Below, piece by piece: positions 25,600 through 38,650 of a DNA stretch of 64,000 nt. Source of the DNA: Neoechinorhynchus agilis (taxonomy: Eukaryota > Animalia > Acanthocephala); the NCBI GenBank assembly GCA_051530055.1, contig CM121341.1, positions 2,343,538 to 2,407,537 on the forward strand, read 5' to 3'. Below the pieces are notes generated by a model, which was given only the letters and a program-made list of their open reading frames with translations, was not told the origin of the DNA and did not search any database. Within the stretch, counting starts at the first letter, position 1. Every line of letters begins with the position of its first letter. The position numbers and the translations under genes are program-made.

Positions 25600-25900
25600 G
25601 AAAAAAATAAAGAGAAGTGGAGACAGCACAGCACTTTGAGGTACGCCTTTGGTGAGGGATAGCCTGATAGAACATTTGGAACGGCAGTGAATGTATTGTT
25701 TTGTGAAGATAAGATCCGAACCAGCGGATATGCCACAAGTTGAGACCAAAATCGAAGCAGGCTCGGAGAAGCAGTGAATGGTCCACTGAGTCGAATGCTT
25801 TCGATAAATTCGGTTGAATGAGGCGGGTGACATGGGAGGGATAATTGTCGAGGTTTCGTAGGAGTGTGTCATAAATGCAAAGTAGGGCATCGGTTATCGA
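25600..25900 (-). mobile_element. Reverse transcriptase fragment, CR1/L2/Jockey-like; related fragment at ~36700..36950 and its mirror ~44365..44600
   Basis: NLSKAFDSVDHSLLL, IRWFGSYL, GVPQSAVLSPLLF. Confidence 0.8.
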
Positions 25901-25939
25901 ATTCATCACATGGTGCACTTCTAAAAAAGCTTCAAAATT

Positions 25940-26100
25940 AAATGGGGAAATATATGATCAAATCGACGGAGTTGTGTCGGGTCTTCCTTAAGACTCGCAT
26001 TAGCCGATTTCTACATGTCTAATTAGGAGAATTAAGTGTACAGTGCAACTTCGACAATTCCCAAGAAATTTATTAGGACCTCCAACCGCGACCCATCAGG
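25940..26100 (+). mobile_element. Penelope-like RT fragment
   Basis: YDQIDGV..G..L...ADFYMSN; the same nucleotide block recurs at ~32980. Confidence 0.6.
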
Positions 26101-26749
26101 GATTACCCCATTTTAAAGCTCCTTCAAAAGCAAACATCTAAGGCCCATCGCATTAACTTTCCAGACTTTCCCTAATTTACATCGCCCGTAAAAACTTCCT
26201 TTCCTCTAAAATTCATTCAGGTTGCAAATCAACATGGTGGCGGACCGTGTTAAGGACTTTCTTAGTCTACGCCACCCTGATCCATTTCCTAATTTGACCT
26301 CTTCTAAATTTAAACAAGTTCTAGAATCCATCAATCGGAACCTCTGCCTTGACTGAAATTACACTCTCTGCCCCACATCAACACCCCACCTCTTCCTTTC
26401 CTTAACCTCTAAAGAAATCACACACATAAAAGATTTCTGCACCAATCACAAACTCCACTTGAACTTCTCTAAATGCTTCGAAATATCTCCTCAATCTGCA
26501 GCAGCCCCATATCCTACCCCGATCTTTCGAATGACATTCAGCGAATTACCCTCGGTCAGAATTCTGGATCTCCAATTTCAACCAAATCGGAAATGGGACA
26601 ACACCTTCAAAATTTATCTTTCCAAAAGAGTTGTGGAGTATTATTTTATTTTTGAGTTTGTCAGTATTGTTGTCAAAACATTTTGGGTATAAAAGGAGGC
26701 GATACACCGTTCGAAAGTCAAACTTCTCTCTCTCCATCGAACCTTAAAA

Positions 26750-27346
26750 ATGATCGCTCTTCTCTTCTTGATTGCTTTCACTTCAGTTGATTGCCGTAGT
26801 AACCGTCAAGAAATCGAGATTTCAAACGAAGATGGAAACCGAATTGCTGATGAGAAAAGCCATGGACGAAACTTGACTTCGCCTGAGCCCGCTGTTAATG
26901 GTGTTCTAAATGTGCTGGTAGGCTACGAAAACCGGACGCTCATTGGAAATGGCCGTTTGAGGATTAACACCAAACGAAATGCACTTAAAGAAATAAATGA
27001 AAAACCGATTGTAGTGGTCTTTCACGAAGACAAAACTTTGGATGGTATTGAGGAACAAGGAAAAATATTTGAGGAGATGAAGAATATCACCCAACAGGAA
27101 AAGTACAACAGCACGATTCTTGTAATGAAATACGAAGATCTAAGCGACGGGTATAAGGCGAAAATTCCAAAATCAGTAACTATAATGGCTTACGTGAAAT
27201 CTTCAAATACTCTTCGGTTACAAAATGATTTTTCACAATATAATAAGACGGAATTTGAGAAAGCACTTGGCATTTTACACGATTGTTATGTTAGAGGACA
27301 TCTCAATGACAGTTGGGAGGTTTCTCCTTGGAAAAAGGCCAATTAG
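26750..27346 (+). CDS. Secreted protein, 198 aa, unknown family
   Basis: Signal peptide MIALLFLIAFTSVDC; N-glycosylation sequons; intronless. Confidence 0.7.
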   Translation: MIALLFLIAFTSVDCRSNRQEIEISNEDGNRIADEKSHGRNLTSPEPAVNGVLNVLVGYENRTLIGNGRLRINTKRNALKEINEKPIVVVFHEDKTLDGIEEQGKIFEEMKNITQQEKYNSTILVMKYEDLSDGYKAKIPKSVTIMAYVKSSNTLRLQNDFSQYNKTEFEKALGILHDCYVRGHLNDSWEVSPWKKAN

Positions 27347-28323
27347 TTTCGATGGTTGTATCCGTCGCTAGTAAAAAATAAATAGTTTGGCATTCATTTC
27401 GGTTTAAAGTTAATTGGATGGGAAAATGATCACGAACACATCTTTCAAAAGTTCTCAAAGAAGCATAAATCTTTACTGTTCTAAATTTAAATTCAATCAA
27501 CGCTTTTCGTATGAGCCTCGAAGTTATCGAAAATGAACAATAAGTAACAATTTGTTAAATTGCTTAATTTTTATGGGTTTTAAGGATGAACGAAAAGGAA
27601 CAAAATACTGAAATTCCAATAATTTATATCAACACAAAAAAATCCCAAAAAGACGCGATAAATCGCATTGATTACAAAATTTATTTTATAATTTCGATAC
27701 GAATTTTAGAGCACACCCAACAAACCCAAAACTCCTTAAAGTAAAAAATAATGTTTATATATCGGGAATTTTTTCTCAATAAAAAAGTTCATCGTCTTTT
27801 TTAGATATTTTTCGATGGAACATCCATGCGCCCGTTTTTTCTTTTGAAAGCGAAGGAGCAAAATTCTAAAATACCACTGCTTTGGTTCTAAAATCTGTGC
27901 AATTGCAGATTTGTTCTTTACGTCGATAAACAATTCGAAAAGTGGATTCTCCGATGCATTCTCAAAAGCAACCCTTTCGCTTATTTGTAGTCTTCTAAAT
28001 CACGACCCCGATCGATAAAGATCGTCAAATTTTATTGTTCGACTCTTTACGTACGCTAGTTGAGAACTTTATTAAACGTTCCTTTGATGACCTCAACGAT
28101 AAACTCATTCAACATCTAAGTTTTTTTACAAAGAACTTTCCAATTAGACGACAAGAAATTTACGAAAAAGCAAAACTGAAGCTGCAATTTGAAAGGACTG
28201 TCCGCACTTTGTCTGATGGCATTGTTAGTGGTTTGCTAGCTATATAGAAAAACGAAATTCCACGGACCTTGACAGATCTGTTTAAGTTCCTATTTCAATT
28301 ATTCGAACGTGGCGACCGATAAC

Positions 28324-29170
28324 CGTTGCGTCATTCGTCTTCTCGTGAATGTCACGACGAATACGTGATTGAGACATTTTATTCGCTAAAGTTGTCGTTG
28401 TTTAGGCGTCTTGGCGTATACGAATTAGCGGTTTACGATTATTTCTCGTTGTTTGTTTCTTTGCTTTCTTGTTCAATGTTCCTGTGAAATTCGGAATTAC
28501 TAATCCGTATATCGACGATGTCCACAATTTTAGAAGGGATGAATACTGCGCGCAACTTAATCGGTTTCAATGGTTGCGTCATTAGTCTTCTCGTGAATAG
28601 CACGACGAATACGTGATTGAGACATTTTAATCGCTAAAGTCGTCGTTGTTTAGGCGTCTTGGCGTATACGAATTAGCGTTTACGATTATTTCTCATTATT
28701 GTATCTTTGCTTTCTTGTTCAATGTTCCTGTGAAATTCGGGATTACTTATCCGAATATCGACGATGTCCGTTATTTTAGAAGGGATGAATACTGCGCGCA
28801 ACTTAATCGGTTTCAATGGTTGCGTCATTAGTCTTCTCGTGAATGTCACGACGAATACGCGATTGAGATATTTTATTCGCTAAAGTTGCCGTTGTTTAGG
28901 CGCTTTAGCGTATGCGAATTTGCGGTTTACGATTATTTCTCGTTGTTTGTTTCTTTGCTTTCTTGTTCAATGTTCCTGTGAAATTCGGAATTACTAATCC
29001 GAGTATCGACGATGTCCACTATTTTAGAAGGGATGAACACTCCGCGCAACTTAATCGGTTTCAATGGTTGCGTCATTAGTCTTCTCGTGAATGTCACGAC
29101 GAATACGCGATTGAGACATTTTATTCGCTAAAGTTGCCGTTGTTTAGGTGTCTTGGCGTATACGAATTTG
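28324..29170. repeat. Satellite, ~247-bp unit x~3.5 (outer end of left inverted arm)
   Basis: GTTGCGTCATTAGTCTTCTCGTGAATGTCACGACG recurs; reverse complement of 52140..54267. Confidence 0.95.
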
Positions 29171-29942
29171 CGCTTTTCGGTCATTTGGCAACTAATCAAC
29201 TGGAACTCCCTCGATTTGCAATAAACATTCTTAGAAATTAGAAAATATCGATGAAGGTTTCGATCAACGGAACTCTGTCGAGTTCATCGTTAGCCGTCTC
29301 AGTTCACAGGATTCGTACCGATATTCAGATCCAATTGCAAACCATAAATCCATGCGGTCCATGGCAAAGATTTAATTTGAGACAATGGTAAGAATTGACT
29401 GTTTCAGCGGTCGCCGGAGTCTTAATTTGTCGGTGTTGGCCGTTTTTTTAGCCTTCGCTAATTCAAGATCACATTTTTGGACTTTCAGCGATGATCTTTT
29501 AGTCTACTAATGTTCAGGATTCGTAACCGACTTGTCCTGCAGCTGCAACGGCGAATTGCTTCGAAATCCCAACCGAAATTTCTCGGCTTAGCAGCCTCAA
29601 ACTTTAGCGTTTCTCACTGTTGAGAAGCGGTGTTTAATTTCTTATTTTTATTTTTTAATGTGCTATTTACCTTGGAATATTGAGCAGTCCAAATAAAGAT
29701 GTTTGTTTATTTTATACTTCAAAAAACTCCGATATAAACTGGAGATCGGAATTATCGACTAGCCACACATAAAAGAGATCCAATTTTATGTTTCCAAAAG
29801 ATTCTTAACGTGATTAATAACTCGGAAGGGCGTGATATTTTGTGGTGGTCGTATAATCATTATTGTGTTTTTGCATTTATGCACTAACTTCTTTTGGTTT
29901 TGAGATTCGTTTTGAACAGTTCAAAAAGCTCTGCTATTTCAG

Positions 29943-30749
29943 ATGCCTAATTTTGTTGGTAAACAACGTCGAAGGCGCTCAAAATCTTGGCTTCCCATGT
30001 ATATAAGAAGTCAAGTGCGCCGGCTTATTAATCGGCAGAAGAGCCTGTTGGCTGCTAGGAGTAAAATGATTCCATTTGGATTTGAGTATTCGGGTCTTAC
30101 GTTCGGCTTACGATTGGTAAGTTTTAATTTACTTGTTTACAATAGGGATCGATTTGGTCTTGAATCGGAGACCATTGTTATGCAAAGCGTTGCGCCACGT
30201 TTATCGAGGATAAATAGGATTCTTCGAGACGAATTAATATTTCCGAGACCTACAAGGACCCCATTTATGCGGACATCCCAATGTCTTGAGAGAATTCTAA
30301 TTCCTGAGGCGGTCATAGAAAAGTCATGTTCAATAAAGCGGAATTTAGAAGATTCACAAGTTGAAGGAAATTTGCAGGAGACGAAAGCTGAATCAAAGGT
30401 GTTTTTTTCCCGAAAACGGAGAAAAATCAACACGAACGCTACGAACAACAGTGTTATTTTCAATACAATGTCATCCGATTTTAATATCGCTTACCTTGAA
30501 CAACTTGGTAAAGTGGGTAATGCGCCGCCAATCAAATGGGCTGTATACCATCAAGAACAACAAGAAGCCGTGACTTCTGATTTCAGCCAATTCGCGGTTC
30601 CTACAAAACTGGAAGTTGTTGCCAATTTTGCGTCGAATTCACAGGCTTACAAATTTAAGCAAATGCTTAGAAGTACGGGAATCGATGAGTGTGCAAGGCT
30701 CAGTAGATGGAGACGTAGAGACGACGATGCATATAAAGCAAATCAGTGA
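29943..30749 (+). CDS. Hypothetical basic 268-aa protein (copy 1)
   Basis: Long intronless ORF, Arg/Lys-rich; no family recognised. Confidence 0.6.
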   Translation: MPNFVGKQRRRRSKSWLPMYIRSQVRRLINRQKSLLAARSKMIPFGFEYSGLTFGLRLVSFNLLVYNRDRFGLESETIVMQSVAPRLSRINRILRDELIFPRPTRTPFMRTSQCLERILIPEAVIEKSCSIKRNLEDSQVEGNLQETKAESKVFFSRKRRKINTNATNNSVIFNTMSSDFNIAYLEQLGKVGNAPPIKWAVYHQEQQEAVTSDFSQFAVPTKLEVVANFASNSQAYKFKQMLRSTGIDECARLSRWRRRDDDAYKANQ

Positions 30750-31793
30750 TTTGCGGGCATTAAAACGGTGTTTTTGAAAGGTAGTAAAAAGTTTAACAAG
30801 ACAGGAATTTATGAGAAAATGAAGCCTGAGATTGGTTTGTATGGTATTTGGTTTGTAGAGTTTTTACTCATTCCGTCTGAGGTTTTGTCTAAAAACCATA
30901 CAATGAGTTTTTTCTTTTGAGTATTTTTGCTTGCATAAAACTTAATAGCGGAAAATAAATTTTAATCAATACCGAAATGGCCGCTACAAATCTCGCTGCT
31001 TAATTCTTTTTCGATTTTTTCGTTTAAAAACAACAATTTATTAATATTCAACAAAATGAGTTTTTTGCAAAACAAACCCAATGATTTCCATCTTCCTTTA
31101 ATTCCAGAAAGAATGATTTTTGTGTAATTTTTCTCGTAATTTTCTAAGGGAGTCTTAATCGTAGATGTTAGCCGATTCGTGACAGAACGGAAATAAAATG
31201 CGGTTTTAAAATTCATCGATTTGTCTAAAGCTATTAAATGTCTAATCATTGAAATTATATTTGTATTGCTTTATTTATAAATGTTTTTAAAATTCAAATA
31301 ATATTCATAAGAAGTATCCAAGAATTAGTAAAGATTTCGTGTCGTCAAATAATAGAATTTCTTTGTATTTTTGTAAAGGTTTTGGTATTAAATTTCTTAT
31401 AAAGTAAATGCGCTTATATTTTATTTGTTTTCAACAGTACATTTAAAAAGCAATTCGTTAATTATATGATTCCCGAGTCGCTTTTAAGTCGAAGATTCTA
31501 TTTACAAGTCGATTTTCGGCGAAAGTTATTCCACTTTGACGATTGTCGCTTCATTAGTTTCCGTTGAATCGAAAAAGATGCGAGGTGATCATTAATTTGA
31601 GCTGATTTATGAATGCTTTTTAAGGGGATTTTAATTTCGACCTCTCAATAATGTTTCCCTCGCAACGCCATTTTTGTTTCAATTTTAGATTGAGCTTTAA
31701 AATCATCCAACATTGCATTAACGAACGAGTTTTCTTCATGTCAACAAATTAGACTTTGAATTTGTTTAAACCGATTGGTGACTATGGCAATAA

Positions 31794-32492
31794 TTGAAAA
31801 TACATTATTTGACAATGTTCGAGTTTGAAATGACTCATTTTTATCGACTTTCAAAGGAAGAAATTTTAAAGGAAATGAGAAGAGGAAAACGTGGACATGT
31901 CAAGGATCTCATTCGACTTGGAAAAGAAATGCTACAGCCTTCTGTGTTTAAAGATTACTTAAAAATATTTTCAAAGCTTGATCCAGCAAACAGTGAAAAA
32001 ATAACAGCAAAGTCATTTTACCAAGCATTGAGAAAACAAGGCTCCAGGGTGTCAGAAGAAGATGTAGCGGATAATTTCAAAGCAATCAGTTGTAATGGCG
32101 AGCCTGCTATTGATTTTGAGGAATTCATTGCTTTACAAGTTGACTACGAGAGGGTCTACGGCGAGGATCGTAAATTAAGGGAAGGTTTCTCAGTATTGGA
32201 CTATAATGGTGATGGATTTATCGAGTTAGATGATCTCAAAAATTGGATGTTTGAGAACCTTCAGTCTAGCCAATTAGATGACGAGGATCTTAGAGCTATG
32301 ATAAGAGTGGCTACTTCAAATCGTGGCAACAAAGTCTCATTCCGAGAGTTTGAGGCCATGATGAAAAGTCATCCTTCGAGGTTGGACAATATAAAGCAAC
32401 ATACAATACGAGAACGAGAACCATCGCATATTGCTATTGATTCGGATATTATTGGTAGAAGAACTACACGCATGACGAAAAATAAAATCTAG
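31794..32492 (+). CDS. Divergent calmodulin/centrin-like EF-hand protein (copy 1)
   Basis: FSKLDPANSEKIT, IDFEEF, LREGFSVLDYNGDGFIELDDL, VSFREF; true start probably a downstream ATG. Confidence 0.85.
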   Translation: MKIHYLTMFEFEMTHFYRLSKEEILKEMRRGKRGHVKDLIRLGKEMLQPSVFKDYLKIFSKLDPANSEKITAKSFYQALRKQGSRVSEEDVADNFKAISCNGEPAIDFEEFIALQVDYERVYGEDRKLREGFSVLDYNGDGFIELDDLKNWMFENLQSSQLDDEDLRAMIRVATSNRGNKVSFREFEAMMKSHPSRLDNIKQHTIREREPSHIAIDSDIIGRRTTRMTKNKI

Positions 32493-32959
32493 AGATAAAT
32501 CAACCTGACAGTGATCGTTATAGTCGAATTCATATTTTAACTGATTGAATCACTCATTATCAATTCAAATCAAAAAAAATAAGCACCAAAGGTCAAGCCG
32601 ACAAAAGGTAATTGGGGTGAAAACGTTGATTTGTTCCCTTCCATATCGTATTGGTCATTTCAATGTCGACATTCTTTAGTAAATCGATATCCCTCACAGA
32701 GAACTTCGGTTTTATCGAACCCAATTAAGTGTGGGTTCGGTTTACATGGATAATAAAGTTGTATTCACCGAGACGGATTTCTTTGGATAGCGCATTTACC
32801 TACGAATGCCATCTCACTGTCGTTGCAGCATACAACATCCAAAATAGTTTTAGCTGTGGTTTGGGTTTAAAGATGCCCGTGATAATCAGGGTTCTCTGGT
32901 AGATGGATTCAACTCCGTTTATCGTGTATTTCTAAAGTCTTATGATCTCGCCGATGCGC

Positions 32960-33320
32960 CGTGTCGATGTTTTAAGACTTACATTAGCCGATTTCTACAT
33001 GTCTAACGGGGGAGATAAAATCGTGGCGATACATCGACGACGTTTTCTGCATGTTCAAACTTAATCCTAGACTCCTTCCACTCACGCATCTATTCAACAA
33101 AAAAGATAAGACAATTCAATGGTCCATCTTTTACGAAGACAAAATTAAGACGATAAGTTTCCTCGGCGTTTGTGTAATGAGAACAAGTCGTCAAGTAAGC
33201 ACTTATACCGAAAACCTGAAATCTGTTGGAAAAGCGCATCGTTTAAAATCAACTCGCCTCAAGCCTTTAAAACAAACACTGCCTTTATTTTGGAGAGCTA
33301 TCAAAGTCTGAAATATTGAT
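32960..33320 (+). mobile_element. Penelope-like RT remnant (mirror at ~47995..48355)
   Basis: LADFYMSN; ISFL(G/D)VCVMR typical of the PLE RT thumb. Confidence 0.55.
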
Positions 33321-34477
33321 CATGAGAGAAACCTTGAGATCGATAATATCAAGAACATGTTCTAAAGGAGGGACTCTCCGGGTTAGACGATACGACAGGC
33401 TCACAAGAAAAAGTTGTATACCTGACCAAATCGACCGATCGAAATCCCATTAGTAACATTCAACCTGAATTCGGGTTGATGACTTTGGCTCTAATCTTTT
33501 ACGCATGACCCTTTGAAATTCGAAATACTTAGTTCGTTTATATCACAAGAGAACAGCGGCTATCACGGGAATCTTCAAACTAAAACCACATCTAAAAACT
33601 ATTTCCGATGTAGTATGCCGCATTCCCTGCAACGACTTTGAGATGGCCAACGTAGGTGAAACATTGAGCTGTTCAAAGCAGTCTCCGTAAACAAAAGTTC
33701 GCTTTACGATGTACCGCAGACTCAATTGGGTTCGACAGAACCGAATTTCTTTCCAATAACCGAAATCTACTCATTAAAAAAAGAGTGTCGACATTAAAAA
33801 GTACCAACTCCAATTCCCTTCAGCTGGCCTAAATACACCCAAGGAGGGCACCTTATGGGGTTGACGATTCCGGGTTCCCGAATCAAAACGAAATTAATAA
33901 TGTCGTGTGTTTGTGACCTTAGGTGCTTATTTTTCAGATTCGATAATGATTGAATCAATTAGTCAAAATATATTCTTCTTTAATGATCCTTCTCGAGTGT
34001 CGACAAGCGTCCTAAATAAGAACGAACTTAAACCTCTCTCGTCTCACTCTAAACTTTTTATATGCCGACGATCTCACCCAAATCACAAACGACTCTCTCT
34101 CCTTAACATCTAACGAAATCCGCCAAATTAAAGATATTTGCACCAACCACAAACTCCACCTGAATTTCTCTAAATGCTTCGAAATGATCCCCTCACTCTC
34201 CCGCCTTCCAAATTACATCCGACGAGTCACCTCCCTCAGAATTCTGGGTCTCCCAACCTCACAAACTGTCCTACTCCAGTGGTGTAAGATGATATTTTAA
34301 CCACACGCGGCTGAATTGTTCCAGAGGTACACGATTCCTCCACTTTGAATAAAGGGCTTCACGAACTATTCATCGCTGGAGGCCTTAATCTATTTTTGCT
34401 TCAATTTTTTTGGTCGTTTCATTAAAAATCTCGCATCCTAAAGTACGATGTAACTATCATTTAATTTCTAACCTTAG

Positions 34478-34801
34478 ATGTCATCAAATAAATTGAACGA
34501 ATCGCTAAAATTTAACAGCAGTTTCAGTCGTATACTTCACAGCTACAATGAAGACATAAACGGCTCAAATGTTGCGACGAGCGTCAACACGGATACTTTG
34601 CTCAGTACTTGCGAACAAATACTTTCAAAATCAGAGGCATTGTGTAAGGCCATTCAAATAGATGAACAAGATTCCAAAATTCATTGTGAGTGGATTAGGC
34701 GACGAAGAGAGCTACGCCAGCGAGTTTCTGAAGTAGAGAAGTTGCTTGAAGCTGAAAATAGCGCATCAATAGCTTCTCAAAAAAATAATGAATCCATTTG
34801 A
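34478..34801 (+). CDS. Small coiled-coil hypothetical protein (mirror 46514..46837)
   Basis: ATG after a TTAG acceptor-like site; heptad-like LRQRVSEVEKLLEAE. Confidence 0.45.
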   Translation: MSSNKLNESLKFNSSFSRILHSYNEDINGSNVATSVNTDTLLSTCEQILSKSEALCKAIQIDEQDSKIHCEWIRRRRELRQRVSEVEKLLEAENSASIASQKNNESI

Positions 34802-35299
34802 AGCGATCATCTTTAAATTTTGTCTTTTATGACGCTTAGTGACCTAAAGTCAAAAATAAAATGCTAAAATGACGATCGGTATGGTAAATTGTTATTTTTT
34901 CCAGGAAACTTTTTATCAATAAGGAACAAAATAGTGTTAGATCATTCACCACACCACCGTTCTGGATCACTCGATGGCCGTCGTGGTGTAATGTTCGAAT
35001 GGAAGGAATATAGCCTTCCCCCGTTACACAGACTAATGTTTTGTAGGAGGAATGTTCCTGATCTCGGCTATCGGATCTAACTCAGAAGAAAAAAGATCGG
35101 GAAATCATGGCCATCATTTATTTAAACTGCATTTGGACGTTAGGAGCAAAGAAGATATCAAAGGCTTTTCAAAACTCAAGCATCTAGAAAGTGATTTTTT
35201 TGATGAGTTTTGAAAAGAGAAGCCAGTAAATTGTTGAACAAAAGACGTCGGAACTTCCGAGCTGAAATCGCCCAGGATAAAGTCTGGTGTCGAATTGGT

Positions 35300-35810
35300 C
35301 AAATCGCTTTCATAGGTGGAAATGAAGGACGGGATTTACTGCGAGTGAGAACGATATTGGGCAAAAAGGATTCCCTTGTTGAACTCCTCTTTCTGACCAC
35401 AAAACGTGATTTTTGAGCCACAAGGGAGTTGGCGTCCCATGAAACATTAACGAAATAGCGAAATGCTTCTGGTGCGTGATCTCTAACTTCTTCAAGCAAA
35501 TCTGCTCGGTGAACTGTGTTGAAAGCGTTTAAAAAATCACATTTAAAGATCACGCACGGCTTTGAGTTTCCGGTTATGAACGGGCGGAGTGAATGAACAA
35601 TCGCCTCTGCGCCACAAGGTCTACAGCAGCCCAACTGAGTAGGGCGAATCAGCATTCCTCCTTTTTTTGCGATTCTTTTAAAATTTTTGCCGTTAAGCGA
35701 TACAGAGTTGTTCCAATTGCAATGGGACGAATCCCACCTTTCTTTTTTAAGTTATTTAAGCGGTTGAGAAAAAATGTATTTTTGACCAATATTTTGGTTC
35801 CTTTTTGAGG
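35300..35810 (-). mobile_element. CRE-like non-LTR RT fragment (mirror 45505..46016)
   Basis: KKGGIRPIAIGTTLYRLTAK, CDFLNAFNTVHR, SERGVQQGNP. Confidence 0.8.
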
Positions 35811-37571
35811 GCCTTGAAAAACGCGCGCGATCTACAAAGGCAATCAGAACAAAATTAGTGAGGAAGTCAACTCATTACGTTGGTTGGACACAATCGTCTC
35901 CTCCCTACGATCATTCGTACTTTTAACCTCTTGCTCGATAAGCAAGTCTTCGTCCAATGGGTATCTCGCTTGGTATTTCACAAAAGTCGAAAGCTTTACT
36001 CCTTGACCCGGGTGGAACCTTGAGAGGTGTTTGACCCATGGTGTCGGCACGTAGGAGGCCGCATTTGCTTCACGGCGGTGAAGTCATTAGAGAACAAGAT
36101 TGTTTCGTGAAATGATAAGCCAGCTCGATTTTTTGCTTCATTACCGATCCAAAATGATGTTTGGCATAAGTTATTCTGATGGGCACGATCGGTGGATTCA
36201 TTTGATTACCGCCGATTTGTCATCAAATGAATACTCGTGCACAATAATCGTTTTTAAATGTATTGTCGCCACTAAGCGAAATCGGACGCGAGAGTTGCCC
36301 GACATTAGACGTGGCTATATTTTTATTGCACTGATAGTTTCGAAGAAAGCTTCTTCGAGCATTAAGTGCACAATATCACAATGTTAAAATTAACGAGAGG
36401 CAAGTAGCGTAGAGCACTAATGAATCCATTTAGTAGAACACTAAAGATTAAACGATTGTTGCGGAGCTCGAAAAAGAGGCGAAAAGCCTACGAGAGATAC
36501 TGAGTGGCATAAACACAACCTGAAAAAAGAATGAAATCCCAATATGTAACGTTGTTATTTGGAAAGATGGTATGAAAGCGAATGTTGCTCCTCCGGGCCT
36601 TTTCCGATTTCGGTTCGATGAGTTTTCTGGATCGACAGTTTTCGGATTCTGAATCTACGTTGTATGCCGCAGATAATGCCAAATAATGCGATGAGTAACC
36701 AATTCGAAGCAGAGCGAGACGCAAATGGCTAATTCCCCTATCAATGGGAAGCTGATTGATCGAGGAGGTAGATCGGAAATGAATGTATCGTTGTCGATTG
36801 TGAAGATACGAGGACAGCCAGTGGATCGCCACGCGTTTAGACCGAGATCGGAGCAGGCCTGGAGGAGTAGTTAAAAGTCCACGGAGTCAAATGCTTTCGA
36901 TAAGTCGCGTAAAAGCGTGTCATAAATGCAAAGTAGGGCATCAATTCAGAAAATTTGGGACTTGAGCCGAATTACAAGGGCGATTGCTTTAGTGGAAGAA
37001 GGCAAGTTTCGAAACATTTTTCGATAATTTTTGAAAAACCTTGCAAAATGGATGTTGGACGGAATTATTCGGTGGAAATCGGATGTCCATTTTTTGGAAG
37101 AAGGATCATTTTAGCAGTTTTCAAGCATAAGGTGAAGACGTCATGTAGAAAGCTGTTATTTATAGTTCTTGGGAAAAATAAAGTTAAAATTTAAGAATTG
37201 GTCAACAATGTCGTCGTATAACCTCGAGTCACGTGGACAATTGAAGGTGGCAATAGTGCACCCGTCGTCCGCACTTTATATTTAGCGACTGGAAATTTTG
37301 GAATTCCTTGAGGAGCTACGTCCCATTGAGTTCATTATTCGAACACCATAAGCCTACGAGAGATACTACAACCTGAAAAAAGAATGAAACCCAAATATGT
37401 AACGTTGTTATTTGGAAAGATGGTATGAAAGCGAATGTTCTTAAATATTATAATTTCCCAGTCGAATATATAAAATCGATCTTACCGCTGACGTCCCTTC
37501 AAAAGTTTTCCAAAATCGAAATATGTTTAAAGTCACATACCTGTCGCTATACTTTATTTCCGCTTTCACCG

Positions 37572-38064
37572 TCAAACTTCTTCCCCGAGCATATAATGTC
37601 TAAACTTGTCCAAATTGTAAAAACATGCCTTGACGGACCTTCCACCGAAAAACCGTCCATTGAGATCAGCAACTGCCTTGTTGGCTGCTTCAATTTTGTC
37701 GAACTCAATAAATATCCGAACTGCTTCTTCCTGGGGAGCCCCAGGTATCTCAAATATCGTAACCCGTTTGGTTTGTCCGTATTTCCGTTCGCATTCCTCA
37801 CGAGTCTCAGTTTCTAGTTCCTTGTCTACTTCTCCCGGACCGACCATATTTCTAAGAAGAATTACTTTTGACGGTTGAGTTGCTGTTGGGCGAATAATAG
37901 GATCTTCAAGTATCTTTCCACCAAGACGGCTCGTCTTTTCAACAATAAGACTTCGTGAGATTCCTTGATTTTGTCGACCGAGTCCTTGACCTTGTTTATA
38001 CCCCATTTTCTCCATTATTTTATTAGCGACAGCGAGTTTGTCTTGAGGCGGGTTTTGTTGTAGC
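37572..38064 (-). pseudogene. RBM17: 5'-truncated duplicate of SPF45/RBM17 (last exon only: G-patch + UHM)
   Basis: 147-aa ORF differs from 43299..43742 by K/R; an in-frame TAG is created at the breakpoint. Confidence 0.85.
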
Positions 38065-38199
38065 TACGTCCCATTGAGTTCATTATTCGAACACCATTCG
38101 ATCTCGTTTCAATATATTCGAAACGTTTGTCAATATCACCATCTCGGCATTGCACTCCATCGTTGCTCGTTTTAATTCTATCCGTAGGACGTTTTCAAC

Positions 38200-38650
38200 T
38201 AGCATTTCCGCTATCATTTCGATTGACTAAAGCCATTTAACAATTGTTCTTGAAACTCTCTGTTGGTGGCTTTCAAGTGTTTATTTTCGCCTTGAAGCAG
38301 CTTCAAATGCCTACATTCGTCCTCAAATATCTCGATCCGCGCAAGTAGATAATGTTCGTTAGGGGTCACTTTGATGTTGCACACAAGAATTGGAATATCA
38401 CTGAGTAGCCGGGCACAATCTTTTATATGTCTCATGACGATTCCACAGTTTGAACAAATAGATTAACTCGAGATATTAGAGCAGTTATTTTTGGAATGAG
38501 AAACGAAGAAGTGCGTATCCTTCACTTTCAGTTGACAAGAAATGTAGATGTGGCCACTGATCAGACATTTCGAACATTGAGGAACTGAGAAGTCATGAAT
38601 GGATCGGTGGCCATGAATATGAGGGCAATAGCCAACAAAACAAATGGCTT
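38200..38650 (-). mobile_element. Non-LTR ORF1-like remnant (zinc knuckle, coiled coil)
   Basis: CSKCLISGHIYISC fits C-x2-C-x4-H-x4-C. Confidence 0.45.

Larger units (their letters stand above)
28324..38064 (+). repeat. Left arm of ~9.7-kb inverted duplication
   Basis: Every ORF from 29943 to 38015 has a mirror ORF from 43299 to 51372; only a few substitutions differ. Confidence 0.97.
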
